64,000 nucleotides of DNA from a virus, in the IMG/VR virus record IMGVR_UViG_3300037258_000514, positions 32,001 through 96,000 of that record. The stretch is one strand, 5' to 3'. The notes under the pieces are model-generated. The model searched no databases. It was given only the letters and a program-made list of their open reading frames with translations, and was not told where the DNA came from. Numbering within the stretch: position 1 is the first letter of the stretch; each line of letters begins with the position of its first letter. This document shows, piece by piece, positions 40,075 to 50,458 of this stretch. The translations under genes were made by a program, and so were the position numbers.

Positions 40075-41012
40075 TTTCTCACCAGAGAGTACATCGGAGT
40101 AGACATTAGAGGGGAGAATTTTAACTTGTTGATCTTTACTTTTCCTGTTCCTCCGCTGTCGTTAATATACTTAATACCTTTCCGCCACATCTCACCCATT
40201 AAGTAAGTAAAAGCAAAGTCTCCCATTCCTTTGTAATTGATATTCGCTTTACATGTTACATCTATGCCCCAAGCCGGATCTTTTGAAGATCTACATCCAA
40301 AACTACACGCTACGGGTTTGTCTTCGACGTAATGAATAAATCCCATTGTATTTGTATAGTCGAGTCGATCGTACTTTACATACTCTTCGATTAGTCGTAT
40401 ATCACGTCCAACAGTAACACGGAAATATTTCTTTCCCTGATTCTCTTTCCAGTCTTCAAAAACTTTAATTGCGTCTTCGTAATTAATTTTACGAAGAGGA
40501 ACGTTACAGGGACGCATGTCTTCTCTAACATGTTTAAGTGTATTTCTTAGACTAGAGAAGTTTCGCCCTTTTAGTTCAGACAATGCTTGCGCATCTTGAA
40601 TAATGTCATCACTAGTCTTTACCTTCTTCCAACCGCTCACGACGTTAAGAAAATTGTCTGCATACGTTATATCTACGTCGATGATTTCGACAGGAATAGA
40701 AGATATAGGATCAAGGACACGAAGCATCTCCCATATATCATCCAACTCACAGTGCGGCGTAAAAAGATTATATTGAGGCTTTGCTTCGAACTGCTGGACA
40801 ACAGGGATAATTTTGTCTTCCCTGAAGTCTTTGTTGAGATACAATTTCATGCGTCCTTTGTTTAGATAACTAAACGGAAAGATACGGGAATGATTATACA
40901 GGATATTGTCTTGTAATGAGAACAGATGATCGAAAATCTTTACAAAGTCGGGAGTATGTTCAACGCGAACATAATCTTTAAGCCCCGGTGGATGTGTTTT
41001 AAAAAGACTCAT
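40071..41012 (-). CDS. DUF2156 / LPG-synthase-C-like GNAT-fold transferase (aminoacyl-tRNA-dependent family)
   Basis: 'D.I.D...L.ELKGRNF...RN', 'KANINYKG', 'YIN..G.....K..K.KF.P' resemble DUF2156 proteins. Confidence 0.65.
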   Translation of the reverse strand: MSLFKTHPPGLKDYVRVEHTPDFVKIFDHLFSLQDNILYNHSRIFPFSYLNKGRMKLYLNKDFREDKIIPVVQQFEAKPQYNLFTPHCELDDIWEMLRVLDPISSIPVEIIDVDITYADNFLNVVSGWKKVKTSDDIIQDAQALSELKGRNFSSLRNTLKHVREDMRPCNVPLRKINYEDAIKVFEDWKENQGKKYFRVTVGRDIRLIEEYVKYDRLDYTNTMGFIHYVEDKPVACSFGCRSSKDPAWGIDVTCKANINYKGMGDFAFTYLMGEMWRKGIKYINDSGGTGKVKINKLKFSPLMSTPMYSLVRK

Positions 41013-41399
41013 ATTAGTTTTCTGGGTAGTTTAAACTTGTACTCTTCACCTAAGCGTTCTGCAAGAATCTCGCACGCTTTATTTGCTACATCGCGCGCAC
41101 TCCACAAACCGTTTACAGGACATTTCATCTTACGTGCTTCTACTTCGATCCAGTTGCGGATATTAATACTAACAGCAGTCTTGTGTTCTTTCTTATACTG
41201 TCTTGCCATAAATTCAAATTCGTCAGCAAGCTGTTTGGCAAGTTCGTAACTCATAACATTTCTCTTAGTTTTTGTAAAATAGTTAGTGGTTCAGTACATT
41301 TTAATAAATGTACTTTATAAAAATCCACCGATCTTGTATCGTACATTACCGGGAACTCGTGCCAGAATTCAGTTCCTACTGGTCTAAGCTGATCTACGT

Positions 41400-42008
41400 T
41401 CATGATAGTAAGTCTGTAAGCTCCCTCTGTAAGCTAACTGATCTTTCGGGACTAATCCCTGCGTAAGCCAATACACGGTTCCAAAACTGCTTAGGAGAAT
41501 AACTCGACGCTTCTTTTCTTAGTGTTTCCATAATCTCGTTAGGAGCATTTAGAAAAATATCTATAACTTGCTTTAGTTCAGAAGAACCTTCGTTCAGAAG
41601 TACTGTAAGGTTGGCATCTGAAACAATCGGTTGATCTAACATTCTAGGATTTCTCGTCAGCTCCTCTGAAGCTGCATATTCGGAAATAGCGCGCTGTTCT
41701 CCGGGAGAAGTGAACAAGATTTTTCTGTTGTTAGAATCTTTTACAGATAACGTATGAATCCAACACTTAAAATACTGCTGAAATAAAAACATGAAGTGTG
41801 CAGGAGAGTTAATTGTTGCTCCGTAACGAATACGAATTTCAACATAACATAGGGCAGCTTCACTCATAGCGTCATCTAACCCACCAACAACGTTAGAGAC
41901 TCTCCACAAGTTTCTCACGCAGTACGACTCCGCCCACCTCGCCCAAGGACCCGGCCACGGTTCCAGGATCTCTAATCGTTTCACGTCGCTCAAGTGTAAC
42001 TCCTTCAC
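41400..42008 (-). CDS. putative sigma-like transcription factor
   Basis: 'DDAMSEA.L.Y......Y......HF..LF' resembles sigma region 2. Confidence 0.4.
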   Translation of the reverse strand: MKELHLSDVKRLEILEPWPGPWARWAESYCVRNLWRVSNVVGGLDDAMSEAALCYVEIRIRYGATINSPAHFMFLFQQYFKCWIHTLSVKDSNNRKILFTSPGEQRAISEYAASEELTRNPRMLDQPIVSDANLTVLLNEGSSELKQVIDIFLNAPNEIMETLRKEASSYSPKQFWNRVLAYAGISPERSVSLQRELTDLLS

Positions 42009-42249
42009 TCATTCTTTCTACTTCGTCGAACCATAGTGCTGTTAACTGTGCTCTGTTGTTAATACCAAGTTTTTTGTAAATTAAGTGGGCAATATTCCGA
42101 AGAGGTTGTCTACCAGACATACCAAGTATCGGATATAGTTCAATGTAAGGCGCTGTTGATGTTGCAAGTATTTCAGCTACTTCTCTTTCGCGAGCTGTTA
42201 ATACAAGCTTGTTAAGCAAAATTTCGTTATTGCAATGCGGACAATTCAT
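41893..42249 (-). CDS. LuxR-type HTH protein
   Basis: 'LTAREREVA', 'IYKKLGINNRAQL'. Confidence 0.7.
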   Translation of the reverse strand: MNCPHCNNEILLNKLVLTAREREVAEILATSTAPYIELYPILGMSGRQPLRNIAHLIYKKLGINNRAQLTALWFDEVERMSEGVTLERRETIRDPGTVAGSLGEVGGVVLREKLVESL

Positions 42250-43120
42250 GATTCCCCAGTGTATTAAGAATTTTTCTAGTATCTGTTTCAGGTGTAGCAC
42301 AAAAATCTTTCTTATCTTCGTACATTGTAATCTGCTCGATATAAGTAGAAGGACAATAACTTTGTAATAGCTTTTTTTCGGCTCGTATTATAGAACGAGC
42401 AACTGTTGCATCAGGTCCAATATAAATAGAAGAATAATTAGCTTCACGAATGTATGCAAATAGTGCCGGTGAATAAGCTATCCTACATTTACCAATTACA
42501 TCGAACTGTGTTGTAACAGAAGCTGCTCTTATTCCATCAAGTCCTCCTTCAAGTATAATTAACGACGACGAACCCTGTTTATAAAGAAAAAATCCTCCTT
42601 CATTGGTCCAGGCTTTATAGCGCAGTTCCATGTGAGAACGCATCGCTCTTCCTGTCCAACCGATCGTTAACGGGATGATGAGTCGTCCAGCCCATTTCCC
42701 TTGCTTACTAACGCGCAGATCAAATTGCTTCGCGATTGCTGCTGGGTTGCTAAAGAGTCGCGATGACAAATACGTAAGTGCCTCTTCGCTATCTTCTGCA
42801 GGAGTAAAGTACTGCCACTCTGAGTAATCGCGTGTATCTTCTATGTATGCTTTTCCTGCATCTTCAAACGAAATATTGCCATACTCACTTGCCGGAATTT
42901 TTAGTACTCGTAGTAAGAAAGCTAAGATATTACCTGCATGGCGTGGATTGCGAAAGCAATAGTACTGTCCCGTTTCTTCGCGAATATTCATATGTTCTGA
43001 TTTATCGGAACTCCCACAATAAGGACATTGAATAACAATACTGCCTCTTGACACGTTTTTTCCCGAATCCCTAAAATCAATCTTATATTTTTTAAAGAGA
43101 GATCTTATGTCAAGAGCCAT
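42227..43120 (-). CDS. DNA primase
   Basis: Zn finger 'CPYC...H......G.YYCFR'; TOPRIM 'ILEGGLD'. Confidence 0.85.
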   Translation of the reverse strand: MALDIRSLFKKYKIDFRDSGKNVSRGSIVIQCPYCGSSDKSEHMNIREETGQYYCFRNPRHAGNILAFLLRVLKIPASEYGNISFEDAGKAYIEDTRDYSEWQYFTPAEDSEEALTYLSSRLFSNPAAIAKQFDLRVSKQGKWAGRLIIPLTIGWTGRAMRSHMELRYKAWTNEGGFFLYKQGSSSLIILEGGLDGIRAASVTTQFDVIGKCRIAYSPALFAYIREANYSSIYIGPDATVARSIIRAEKKLLQSYCPSTYIEQITMYEDKKDFCATPETDTRKILNTLGNHELSALQ

Positions 43121-43775
43121 AAAATCCTTCACGCAACAAATTTCTAAATGTATTAGAACGTGATAAAGTTAATCTATACGCTGGAGTAGATCTGCGTAAG
43201 CAACCCTCCGACATTTTCTTCTTAACTTCTGTGCTCTTTGGTTTGTCATAATTTGGGGGCTTAATTCCTTTTGCACGCAGAGAAGCTGAGATTTTATGTC
43301 CCCATGTAATTTTTACATCTTTCATTCTAATAGCTATTGCAGCACGTTCTTCTGATGATTTGACTCGCCCTTTGTTTGCAATAGAAATTTTATGCTTTAC
43401 TTCTTCTGTGCGGGGAATACCTTTTCTCGGTCCTATGCAGCCTTTTTTCGACGCTGAAATCTTGTCTTTTGTTGCTTGTACGTGCTTTCCTCTAGCCCCA
43501 CCATCTTGAATATTATATCCAAATTTTTCATCTTGACTTTTAAGAGCAGCGATGAGAAGAATTTCTAGAAAATTTAACTGCTGTTGATTCTCAGCATGAA
43601 ATATTTCTTCAATAGAAAAATTACTAATACCATACTTACGCATAGCGGAGTATAGAGGGAAATTTGCGCTGTTTTTATCAGAAAGATGAGTTAACCACCT
43701 TTCGTTAATTGAAAGCGTAGATTGTCCAACATACACTTTACAATTAACTTTATTTATAATTTTATAAATTACCAT
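43110..43775 (-). CDS. GIY-YIG homing endonuclease with NUMOD3-like repeats
   Basis: 'IYKI.N..N.KVYVGQS', 'GYN', repeated 'E.K.KIS...KG'. Confidence 0.9.
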   Translation of the reverse strand: MVIYKIINKVNCKVYVGQSTLSINERWLTHLSDKNSANFPLYSAMRKYGISNFSIEEIFHAENQQQLNFLEILLIAALKSQDEKFGYNIQDGGARGKHVQATKDKISASKKGCIGPRKGIPRTEEVKHKISIANKGRVKSSEERAAIAIRMKDVKITWGHKISASLRAKGIKPPNYDKPKSTEVKKKMSEGCLRRSTPAYRLTLSRSNTFRNLLREGFYGS

Positions 43776-43971
43776 GGCATCCTTCCAAACTGTGCGTAAA
43801 ATTGCTGTATAGACAATACTTCAACCTTTAAACATCTACCGCACACTCTAGCAGGCGTCGGAATCAATCTCACTTTTGCAGGTAAAAAATCTTTGTTCTT
43901 TCTAACAGCTGGACGCCATTGCTTATGAGGACATAAACTTTGAGATAGTAATGCAACAATTCGACTAAGCA

Positions 43972-44367
43972 TCAAACGTCCCTTTCTACTAAACTATTCT
44001 GCGTAGGCTGAATCAGATATAGTAACATTTTACTTTCAGCATAACCAGGAAAAGACCTGTCAGTTGCTTCATGTATAAGACTAACGCTATCGACTACTGT
44101 CTTTAGCGTGACAGGTAATCCTAATACACCCTTAATGTAGGAATTAAGGCACCGAAGCAACTGACTGGTAAGAGCAAGACGCTCATTTTTAGTTAACTGC
44201 CGCTTTACACCGGATGATATAAAGCCCGCCGTATCATCTGCTGCATCATGAAGACGTTCTTTTCCGATTCTCTTCTCAAGACGCTCATCGTTTTGGCCTC
44301 TCAACATCGGAATCAATTCCCGAAGACATTCTAAGAAGATAGGCGAGTTGAGCGTGTCCGATTCCAT
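43972..44367 (-). CDS. hypothetical protein
   Basis: ORF in operon context. Confidence 0.55.
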   Translation of the reverse strand: MESDTLNSPIFLECLRELIPMLRGQNDERLEKRIGKERLHDAADDTAGFISSGVKRQLTKNERLALTSQLLRCLNSYIKGVLGLPVTLKTVVDSVSLIHEATDRSFPGYAESKMLLYLIQPTQNSLVERDV

Positions 44368-44669
44368 AAATTAATAATGATATAATAATAAATTATCGCA
44401 TTATTTGTCAAGCTTTTCTTTGAGACGCTCTTTGATGTTATCAGTTTGATATGCACGGAATTGTTGAATTATCGGAGAGAGATCTGTTGAGTTGTAAAGA
44501 AGTGTTGCAGCTGATCTTCTGTATGTAGCTTTGCGACTATTCTTTAGTTTTTTCCATGTAGCTTCATCGTATCCTGCAAGTACTCGAGCTGCTGCTTCGA
44601 GAAGTAACTGCTCTTCGTCTACTGAAGTGATAACATGAGAACGCCCTAAAACATTAAACGTACGTGTAA

Positions 44670-45104
44670 TCATTCATTTAACCTCCTTATAGCTTCATCT
44701 GCTTGTGCAGCTGTTAATCCTTCTACGAACTTCGTTTGAATTAGATAGGGCAGTAAATTACCCATATCCTTATCATCGTCAAGAATTATAAACTTTTCCA
44801 CATCAATATGTTCTTTAAGCCATTCTGTAATTTCCTGACCGCGAATCCACTGCCAGTTTACAATTGTCCTATCAACAACATCCGCATTTACTCCCCATAT
44901 CCCGAAGAGAGCGCGAAGTTCACTAACAGTTCGTCCTATACGCCAACAACTAGAAACTACAACTACTGCATGTGTTTGTTCGAGAATTTTATTAAGGTTT
45001 GCAACACATACAACATCAACGACTCCAAAACCAATTTTACAGGAAGCTCTATTGATTAGTACACCGTCTACATCAAGAAAGATTACTTTCATTTGGCATC
45101 TCAC
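44670..45104 (-). CDS. HAD-family phosphatase (RNA-repair-associated type)
   Basis: 'FLDVDGVL', 'VSSCWR', 'RG.EI..WL', 'ILDD..DM'. Confidence 0.88.
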   Translation of the reverse strand: MRCQMKVIFLDVDGVLINRASCKIGFGVVDVVCVANLNKILEQTHAVVVVSSCWRIGRTVSELRALFGIWGVNADVVDRTIVNWQWIRGQEITEWLKEHIDVEKFIILDDDKDMGNLLPYLIQTKFVEGLTAAQADEAIRRLNE

Positions 45105-45199
45105 TTATTAAACACAGTTCGCCTGGTAAAAGCGAAATACGCTGTTGTTAGAGTTTCTAAATCCCAATTCTGCTTCAATATTTGTTAAATCTTTAATTT

Positions 45200-45538
45200 T
45201 CATAGCTTCCTTTGTTTTATTTCTGCGCCCCTCACCGTACCAAATCCAACATTAAACATAGCTTCATCACCGGATTTACAATCACAAGGTAGATCGTTGT
45301 TGCCTGTTTCAATTACACCTGTATCATTACACTTCGGACATGGTGTATAGATATGTTGCTGTTTGATATCCGCTTCAGCTTGCTGATAACCAGTCTTATA
45401 TCCTGTCCATCTTTCTTGAAGCCACGATTCAATATAGTGACCTTCAGGATTGGCTGGTCTACTACGCATCAATCTTACACGAGGCAATTCTTGTATAATT
45501 GCTTTCTCAAACTTCTGACGAATTATATCTAAGTTCAT
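45200..45538 (-). CDS. hypothetical protein
   Basis: RBS AAGGAG; C-terminal CxxC...CxC. Confidence 0.6.
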   Translation of the reverse strand: MNLDIIRQKFEKAIIQELPRVRLMRSRPANPEGHYIESWLQERWTGYKTGYQQAEADIKQQHIYTPCPKCNDTGVIETGNNDLPCDCKSGDEAMFNVGFGTVRGAEIKQRKL

Positions 45539-45580
45539 TTTTACTCCTTTCGCGGATTTTTAATCCAATAGTTTCACTTT

Positions 45581-46093
45581 CTAGTTTATAATCCTCTTTC
45601 TAGGTTTTACGGTAGCATCACGCGCCTGCCATCCTTCCCACGCAGCCTGAAGTTTCTCTTGGATATAACGAATCGGGAATTCAGGATCACGTCTCATCCA
45701 CAAACTATCTTTAGATACATTCCAATTCAAACAAGCCCATTCTTCAAAGAATAACTGTGAATTCCATTCTTTTGAAACAGGTTTTGGTGGAGGAGTAGGT
45801 TGTTCGCTCCTAGCCTTGATTTTTGGAGGTTGTGGATTAGGATTGTTCTTTTCTACTTCTTTTAAGTTGATAGCAGCACTAGCCCAAGCCTCTTCAGGAG
45901 AATTACCATTCCCGGCAGCTTCCCGAGAATGAGGAGAAAGCATAACAACATACTTTCTAATCAATCCTGGACGCCAATTGGTTTCTAATGTTTCCGGGTT
46001 GCAGTGTGCAAGTGGGTATTTGGATACAACGTAGTTTACATCATCTTGATTTTTAAGAGGATCCATTTTAAATAACACCTCTGAAGTAGTCAA
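45581..46093 (-). CDS. two-domain hypothetical protein
   Basis: Shares motifs with 48140..48583 and 49538..49888. Confidence 0.6.
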   Translation of the reverse strand: MTTSEVLFKMDPLKNQDDVNYVVSKYPLAHCNPETLETNWRPGLIRKYVVMLSPHSREAAGNGNSPEEAWASAAINLKEVEKNNPNPQPPKIKARSEQPTPPPKPVSKEWNSQLFFEEWACLNWNVSKDSLWMRRDPEFPIRYIQEKLQAAWEGWQARDATVKPRKRIIN

Positions 46094-46273
46094 TAACTCC
46101 GGCTACAGGAAGTAAAGCAATGCTTATCCATACAATAATCTCTAATACACTCATAACATACTTACCATTTTCTATCTTTGAAACACAAAAGTTTCTGTTA
46201 GACTTAGATTGCATAACTTGCTTCTTCATATAATTTACTATACCAGATTTTATAGCATTACTCAATTTTTCGC

Positions 46274-46302
46274 TTGACTTTTTACCGGTTGTAATATAGA
46301 TT
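46274..46302 (+). promoter_or_regulatory. sigma70-like promoter
   Basis: TTGACT-17 nt-TAGATT; a second TTGACA at 46409. Confidence 0.5.
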
Positions 46303-46532
46303 AATAATGCAGGAAGCATACGCTCTATCCATATCAGAGCCCGCTCGCATCTGGTTTGCTCAGCACATTCCAAAAAGCAGCGGGCTTTGGTATGTGTCAA
46401 AAAACCGCTTGACAAGTCTACAATAAATCCTTTAGTATAAACCCGGCTGAGCAAACTTAATCCTGTCAAAGTTAGCTCAACAGAACACTTAAAACTTTAG
46501 AAAGAAAAGCATTTTTGCTTCCTTAGCTCTGT

Positions 46533-47075
46533 ATGGAAAGGAAAAAAACGGGCGCAGAGTACAGAGAACTTTCATTACAATATGCTACTCACACAGTTAC
46601 ACCTCAACAACAATGCGTTAATAAATCTGCTAACGCATTGTTAAGAAAACCAAAGAAAAAGAAAAAGATAAAACAAAAAAGACCTACACAGTTAGGCGAT
46701 TATCGTTTAATGAATTTACAGATTCGTATTAAGCAATCTGAAAATCATTACATTGATAAACATGAATTTGCCAAAATGCTTTTCCGTAGAATGACAACGG
46801 AAGAAAAACTAATTTTACCTGAACTCACTGCTCTCGGGTTTGTTCCTCAACAAGTTGTCTTTGGTTTTATTCCTGATTTTTGGCTTCCGACAAAGAAAAT
46901 TATAGTTGAAATTGACGGAGGCTATCATACTGCACGAAAGCAACTTGTAGCCGATCGTGAGCGCGATGAAATATTTCGGCGTAACGAATATAAAGTATTA
47001 CGATTTACTAATGATGAAGTCTCTAACAATCTAAAGATGGTTGTAGAGCAAATTAAAAAGGTAGTTCTTGTATGA
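46533..47075 (+). CDS. DUF559/Vsr-like endonuclease
   Basis: 'MT.EE', 'FIPDF', 'VEIDGGYH', 'D.ERD', 'VLRFTN'. Confidence 0.85.
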   Translation: MERKKTGAEYRELSLQYATHTVTPQQQCVNKSANALLRKPKKKKKIKQKRPTQLGDYRLMNLQIRIKQSENHYIDKHEFAKMLFRRMTTEEKLILPELTALGFVPQQVVFGFIPDFWLPTKKIIVEIDGGYHTARKQLVADRERDEIFRRNEYKVLRFTNDEVSNNLKMVVEQIKKVVLV

Positions 47076-47533
47076 GAGTATTCCGAACCCCGGGTTTCCA
47101 GAAAGCTGGTTTAGTCCCACACTTCTCGTTATCACTTGATAATACCCGCAAATATTTTAACATGCCGGTAATACTTGGTTGTACTAGATTGAGCAACGGT
47201 GATGCGGTGTCCCGCTAACTGACTCAACTATCTTGTATTGAGATGGTGAATTACTAACAAGGAATACTTGCAAGGGCGAGCACTTTACCCGTACTGATCG
47301 CTTACAAACTGATCGGGATAACTACTGCTTTGAAATGAACGTTCACACAAACCCTACATGTTACGCTCTGCTACGCTCTACACAGAAGAAATACAAAAAG
47401 AAAGTCGGTTGCGACTTCTGCAACCGACGGAGCGAAGCGACATCGTAGTGGTTAATCGTAGTAGTTGGTTGTAAAGCAACACGCTGTACCCAACCCACAT
47501 CTCTATTCCGCAGCAAACACCTAGATAGTACTC

Positions 47534-48045
47534 TTATGCGAAAATTCTAAGCGAAGTTCCACACTCAGCACAAAACTTAGTGTTACTTTTATTTTGCCGC
47601 CCGCATGAAATGCATGTCTGTTTCGTTTCGACCGTTACAGGACGTGAGACGTGTTTGCCCTTTACCTGTCCCACTAAGTGGAATACAAGTACATGGCTTT
47701 GGGATTCGGTGGCGAAGTTTTCACCCCAGACGAATTGTTGATTGCTTTCGGCGCCCGGTACCGTTATTCCTACGTCTGAGACATCCTCAACACAACTCTT
47801 CATAAATTCGCCGGAGTTAAATGTGCACCCAGCGGATGATGAAGATACTGCATTTGTAAACGTAGTTGTGTGTACTGCTGTACTATCAAACTGATTGCCC
47901 TGATATTCCGGATGTGTGCGGTCCTGAAGAAGTTCTTGTACGTGTTGGATGTGATATCGTTCTTTGGTCGCTCTTCATCCATATAGGGCGCCACGGATCG
48001 GGATCAGTTCTTCTGCGTCTTCGATCAGGAATAGGAATATTAACC
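47534..48045 (-). pseudogene. 5'-truncated, frameshifted remnant of a Zn-ribbon-tailed phage gene
   Basis: C-terminal 'VGITVPG.ES.QQF' and 'C..CG......KFC.ECGTSL'; low-complexity linker broken by a frameshift near 47885; no N-terminal domain. Confidence 0.5.
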
Positions 48046-48139
48046 CCATCGTCTGATAGATGTTATACGTTGATATTGTTGTCCTCTGCGTTCCTTTGTT
48101 TTGTAAAAATCTGTGTTTATTCTTACTACCTGACCAATC

Positions 48140-48583
48140 TTAAATTTGGGAACTTCTTTTTTCTTTGTTTTCGTCAATTTTCGCTCCTGTTGAGTGGCAG
48201 TGCGGACCTGAAAACTTTAAGAAACACGTAGGACAAACATCATGTTTTAATAATTCGGCTTCAAGTGTTTCAACTCTAAGTTTAGACTTCGCTAGATCAG
48301 CACGCAGTTGACTAAGATGAAGTCTCGTGGCAGCATCTATCCACGCCTCACTAGCACTCTTACCTTCTCCATCAATTCCTGACCAGTAGCTAGCACGTAT
48401 TACCATGTAAACAAGTCGTTCGCCTTGTCCAGGCCAGAATGCTTTAACGGGACCGCCAGAACACGTCGCTGTCGGCCAGATAGATAAAACATATTTTTTT
48501 GCTGATAAGGCTTTCTCTGAAAGCGTTGTTGTATCTGGTTCGGGTGCATCATTGTTTTTAATTACTTTTGTCTTCCAAAACAT
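48140..48583 (-). CDS. hypothetical protein
   Basis: RBS AGGAG. Confidence 0.6.
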   Translation of the reverse strand: MFWKTKVIKNNDAPEPDTTTLSEKALSAKKYVLSIWPTATCSGGPVKAFWPGQGERLVYMVIRASYWSGIDGEGKSASEAWIDAATRLHLSQLRADLAKSKLRVETLEAELLKHDVCPTCFLKFSGPHCHSTGAKIDENKEKRSSQI

Positions 48584-48591
48584 CTGTGCTC

Positions 48592-48990
48592 CTATGCTAC
48601 TGAAATTCGAGGATCAATTACTGCGGGCCATGTATTGTTATCTGGAGGCTGAAGTTGTTTGTTAGGTTCTGTTAAGGGAACTGTTACATGTATCTCAGCT
48701 GTGCACGTACTCTCTTGCATATCTAGTGTTGAACTCAGACTATAGTAGTAAGTCTCCCCTGCTTTTACATCTTCATCCATGTACCAATGTTTTCCTGAAG
48801 CTGTATTTGCTAGAAAAGATTTTCTGCATGAATGATGTTCAACTGTGCTTCTATAGATAGTTGTATAACAGTGAGCGCAGAGATCTTGATGCCATTGTAT
48901 CAGTACGGCGTGTCTGTATTTAGATTGATACTGAGGAGTCGTGCCGCAACTGAATAGAGTGATAAGTAGGAGTGTAAGTGCATATTTCAT
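48592..48990 (-). CDS. lipoprotein with an FN3-like domain
   Basis: Lipobox LFSC; 'IYRS', 'YMDEDV..GETYYY'. Confidence 0.7.
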   Translation of the reverse strand: MKYALTLLLITLFSCGTTPQYQSKYRHAVLIQWHQDLCAHCYTTIYRSTVEHHSCRKSFLANTASGKHWYMDEDVKAGETYYYSLSSTLDMQESTCTAEIHVTVPLTEPNKQLQPPDNNTWPAVIDPRISVA

Positions 48991-48993
48991 AAG

Positions 48994-49069
48994 TGGTGTC
49001 CCCGCTGGGATTCAAACCCAGATTTCCGGTTTCGTAGACCAGCGCCTTGTTCAATTGGACTACGGGGAC
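48994..49069 (-). tRNA. tRNA-Arg(ACG)
   Basis: Cloverleaf, loop CT-ACG-AA, CCA. Confidence 0.92.
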
Positions 49070-49480
49070 GTTTACTTTAATAAGTTTGGCATTGTCTCTT
49101 TGTAGTTATCAACTGTAACTAAATTACCATTCGATGCAACAAGTATTGGGAATCCCTTGTTAGTATCGCATTCAAAAGCTATACCGCATCCAGGACAATG
49201 TTTAATCCAAGGATAGGCGATGATCTGAAACGTTTTACAGTTTGAACACCGCATTCGTAGAGCTGTTACTTCAAAATGGGGTTCATTTATTATTTGTAAA
49301 TTTGCCGCGTGCGCCTACCTTCCAATCAATTGCCTGCTGGTGATCTAACGTTACGCAGTCTGCTACACTGTCGTAGACGGCGATTAATCCGCTTAGATCA
49401 GTCATGTTAAGCTCTTCTTTAACCTGGTCAAATGTAAGACGTTTTTCTGAGTCAAGAACAATGTATATTAGCATAAGTTT

Positions 49481-49556
49481 TGGTGCTAGCACTCGGATTC
49501 AAACCGAGATCTATTACTTAGGAGGTAATTGTCCTCTTCAATTGGACGATGCCAGC
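49481..49556 (-). tRNA. tRNA-Arg(CCT)
   Basis: Loop CT-CCT-AA, CCA. Confidence 0.92.
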
Positions 49557-49888
49557 TTTTCTTTATTTGCAGCCTGAAAACTTTTTTCGCGTTCTTCTTT
49601 ACAATGAGCGCATCCCGCGCATTCGATGTCGGCAATATCAAACTGTAAAAGTCTTTGTGGTTTGCCTTTAAATGTTTTGCAAAACTCTTGTACTACGGCT
49701 TGTGTTGAGTAATGCTGAGCTTCTTTCCAAGCTTCCCAGCGCTCCTCAAGATAGTTGTCAAGATAGCTGCCATGTTCCGTGCGCTGAAGTCCCTGTAACG
49801 GATGGACCCATCCGTTAAGAACCGCACGCTCTTCAAACTGTTCTCTCTGCGTCATTGTATTTTGTCTGCACAATCCACAAGATCGCAT
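49538..49888 (-). CDS. hypothetical protein, stop inside tRNA-Arg(CCT)
   Basis: ORF track; TGA lies in the D loop. Confidence 0.6.
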   Translation of the reverse strand: MRSCGLCRQNTMTQREQFEERAVLNGWVHPLQGLQRTEHGSYLDNYLEERWEAWKEAQHYSTQAVVQEFCKTFKGKPQRLLQFDIADIECAGCAHCKEEREKSFQAANKEKLASSN

Positions 49889-50259
49889 AGGATAGCTTTC
49901 ACAAAATCTTTGCCCATGCGTTCAGCATCAATTTCTACTTTGCCATCACTTCTTGTATGGAAAGTAATTTGTCCAAAACCGATTCCAGGTACGGACCAGT
50001 TAAGTTCAACCCACTGTCCACCATGGAATGTATGTTCCTTTCCTGCACTATCAATTCCGATTGTATCAGGACGATAGCCTACCGATCCAATTTTAACAAA
50101 TGAGGCGTGGACATTTCCTTTTTCTACTTCTTCGATCTTAACAGTTCCAATATTGTTTAGATCTGCTCCCTTTGGGAGTATAACAGATGCGGCTGTTGAT
50201 GCAAGTTTTTCTTTAATTTCTACTTCAGTTAAAGGAGCGGGTATGTGTTTTTTAATCAT
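49852..50259 (-). CDS. hypothetical protein
   Basis: ORF track. Confidence 0.55.
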   Translation of the reverse strand: MIKKHIPAPLTEVEIKEKLASTAASVILPKGADLNNIGTVKIEEVEKGNVHASFVKIGSVGYRPDTIGIDSAGKEHTFHGGQWVELNWSVPGIGFGQITFHTRSDGKVEIDAERMGKDFVKAILCDLVDCADKIQ

Positions 50260-50284
50260 TGGATTTTATCTAAACTCGGTAAAA

Positions 50285-50359
50285 TGGAGGAGCTAGCCGG
50301 ATTCGAACCGACGTTCACGGCTTAGAAGGCCATGTCCTGTCCTATTGGATGATAGCCCC
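50285..50359 (-). tRNA. tRNA-Arg(TCT)
   Basis: Loop CT-TCT-AA, CCA. Confidence 0.9.
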
Positions 50360-50383
50360 GATCTTATATAATTACCTGTAATT

Positions 50384-50458
50384 TGGTAGGGCCAGCGGGA
50401 GTTGAACCCGCATCCCGGGATTGAGAAACCCGTCGCCTAACCGTTAGCAGATGGCCCC
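50384..50458 (-). tRNA. tRNA-Glu(CTC)
   Basis: Loop TT-CTC-AA, CCA. Confidence 0.88.
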
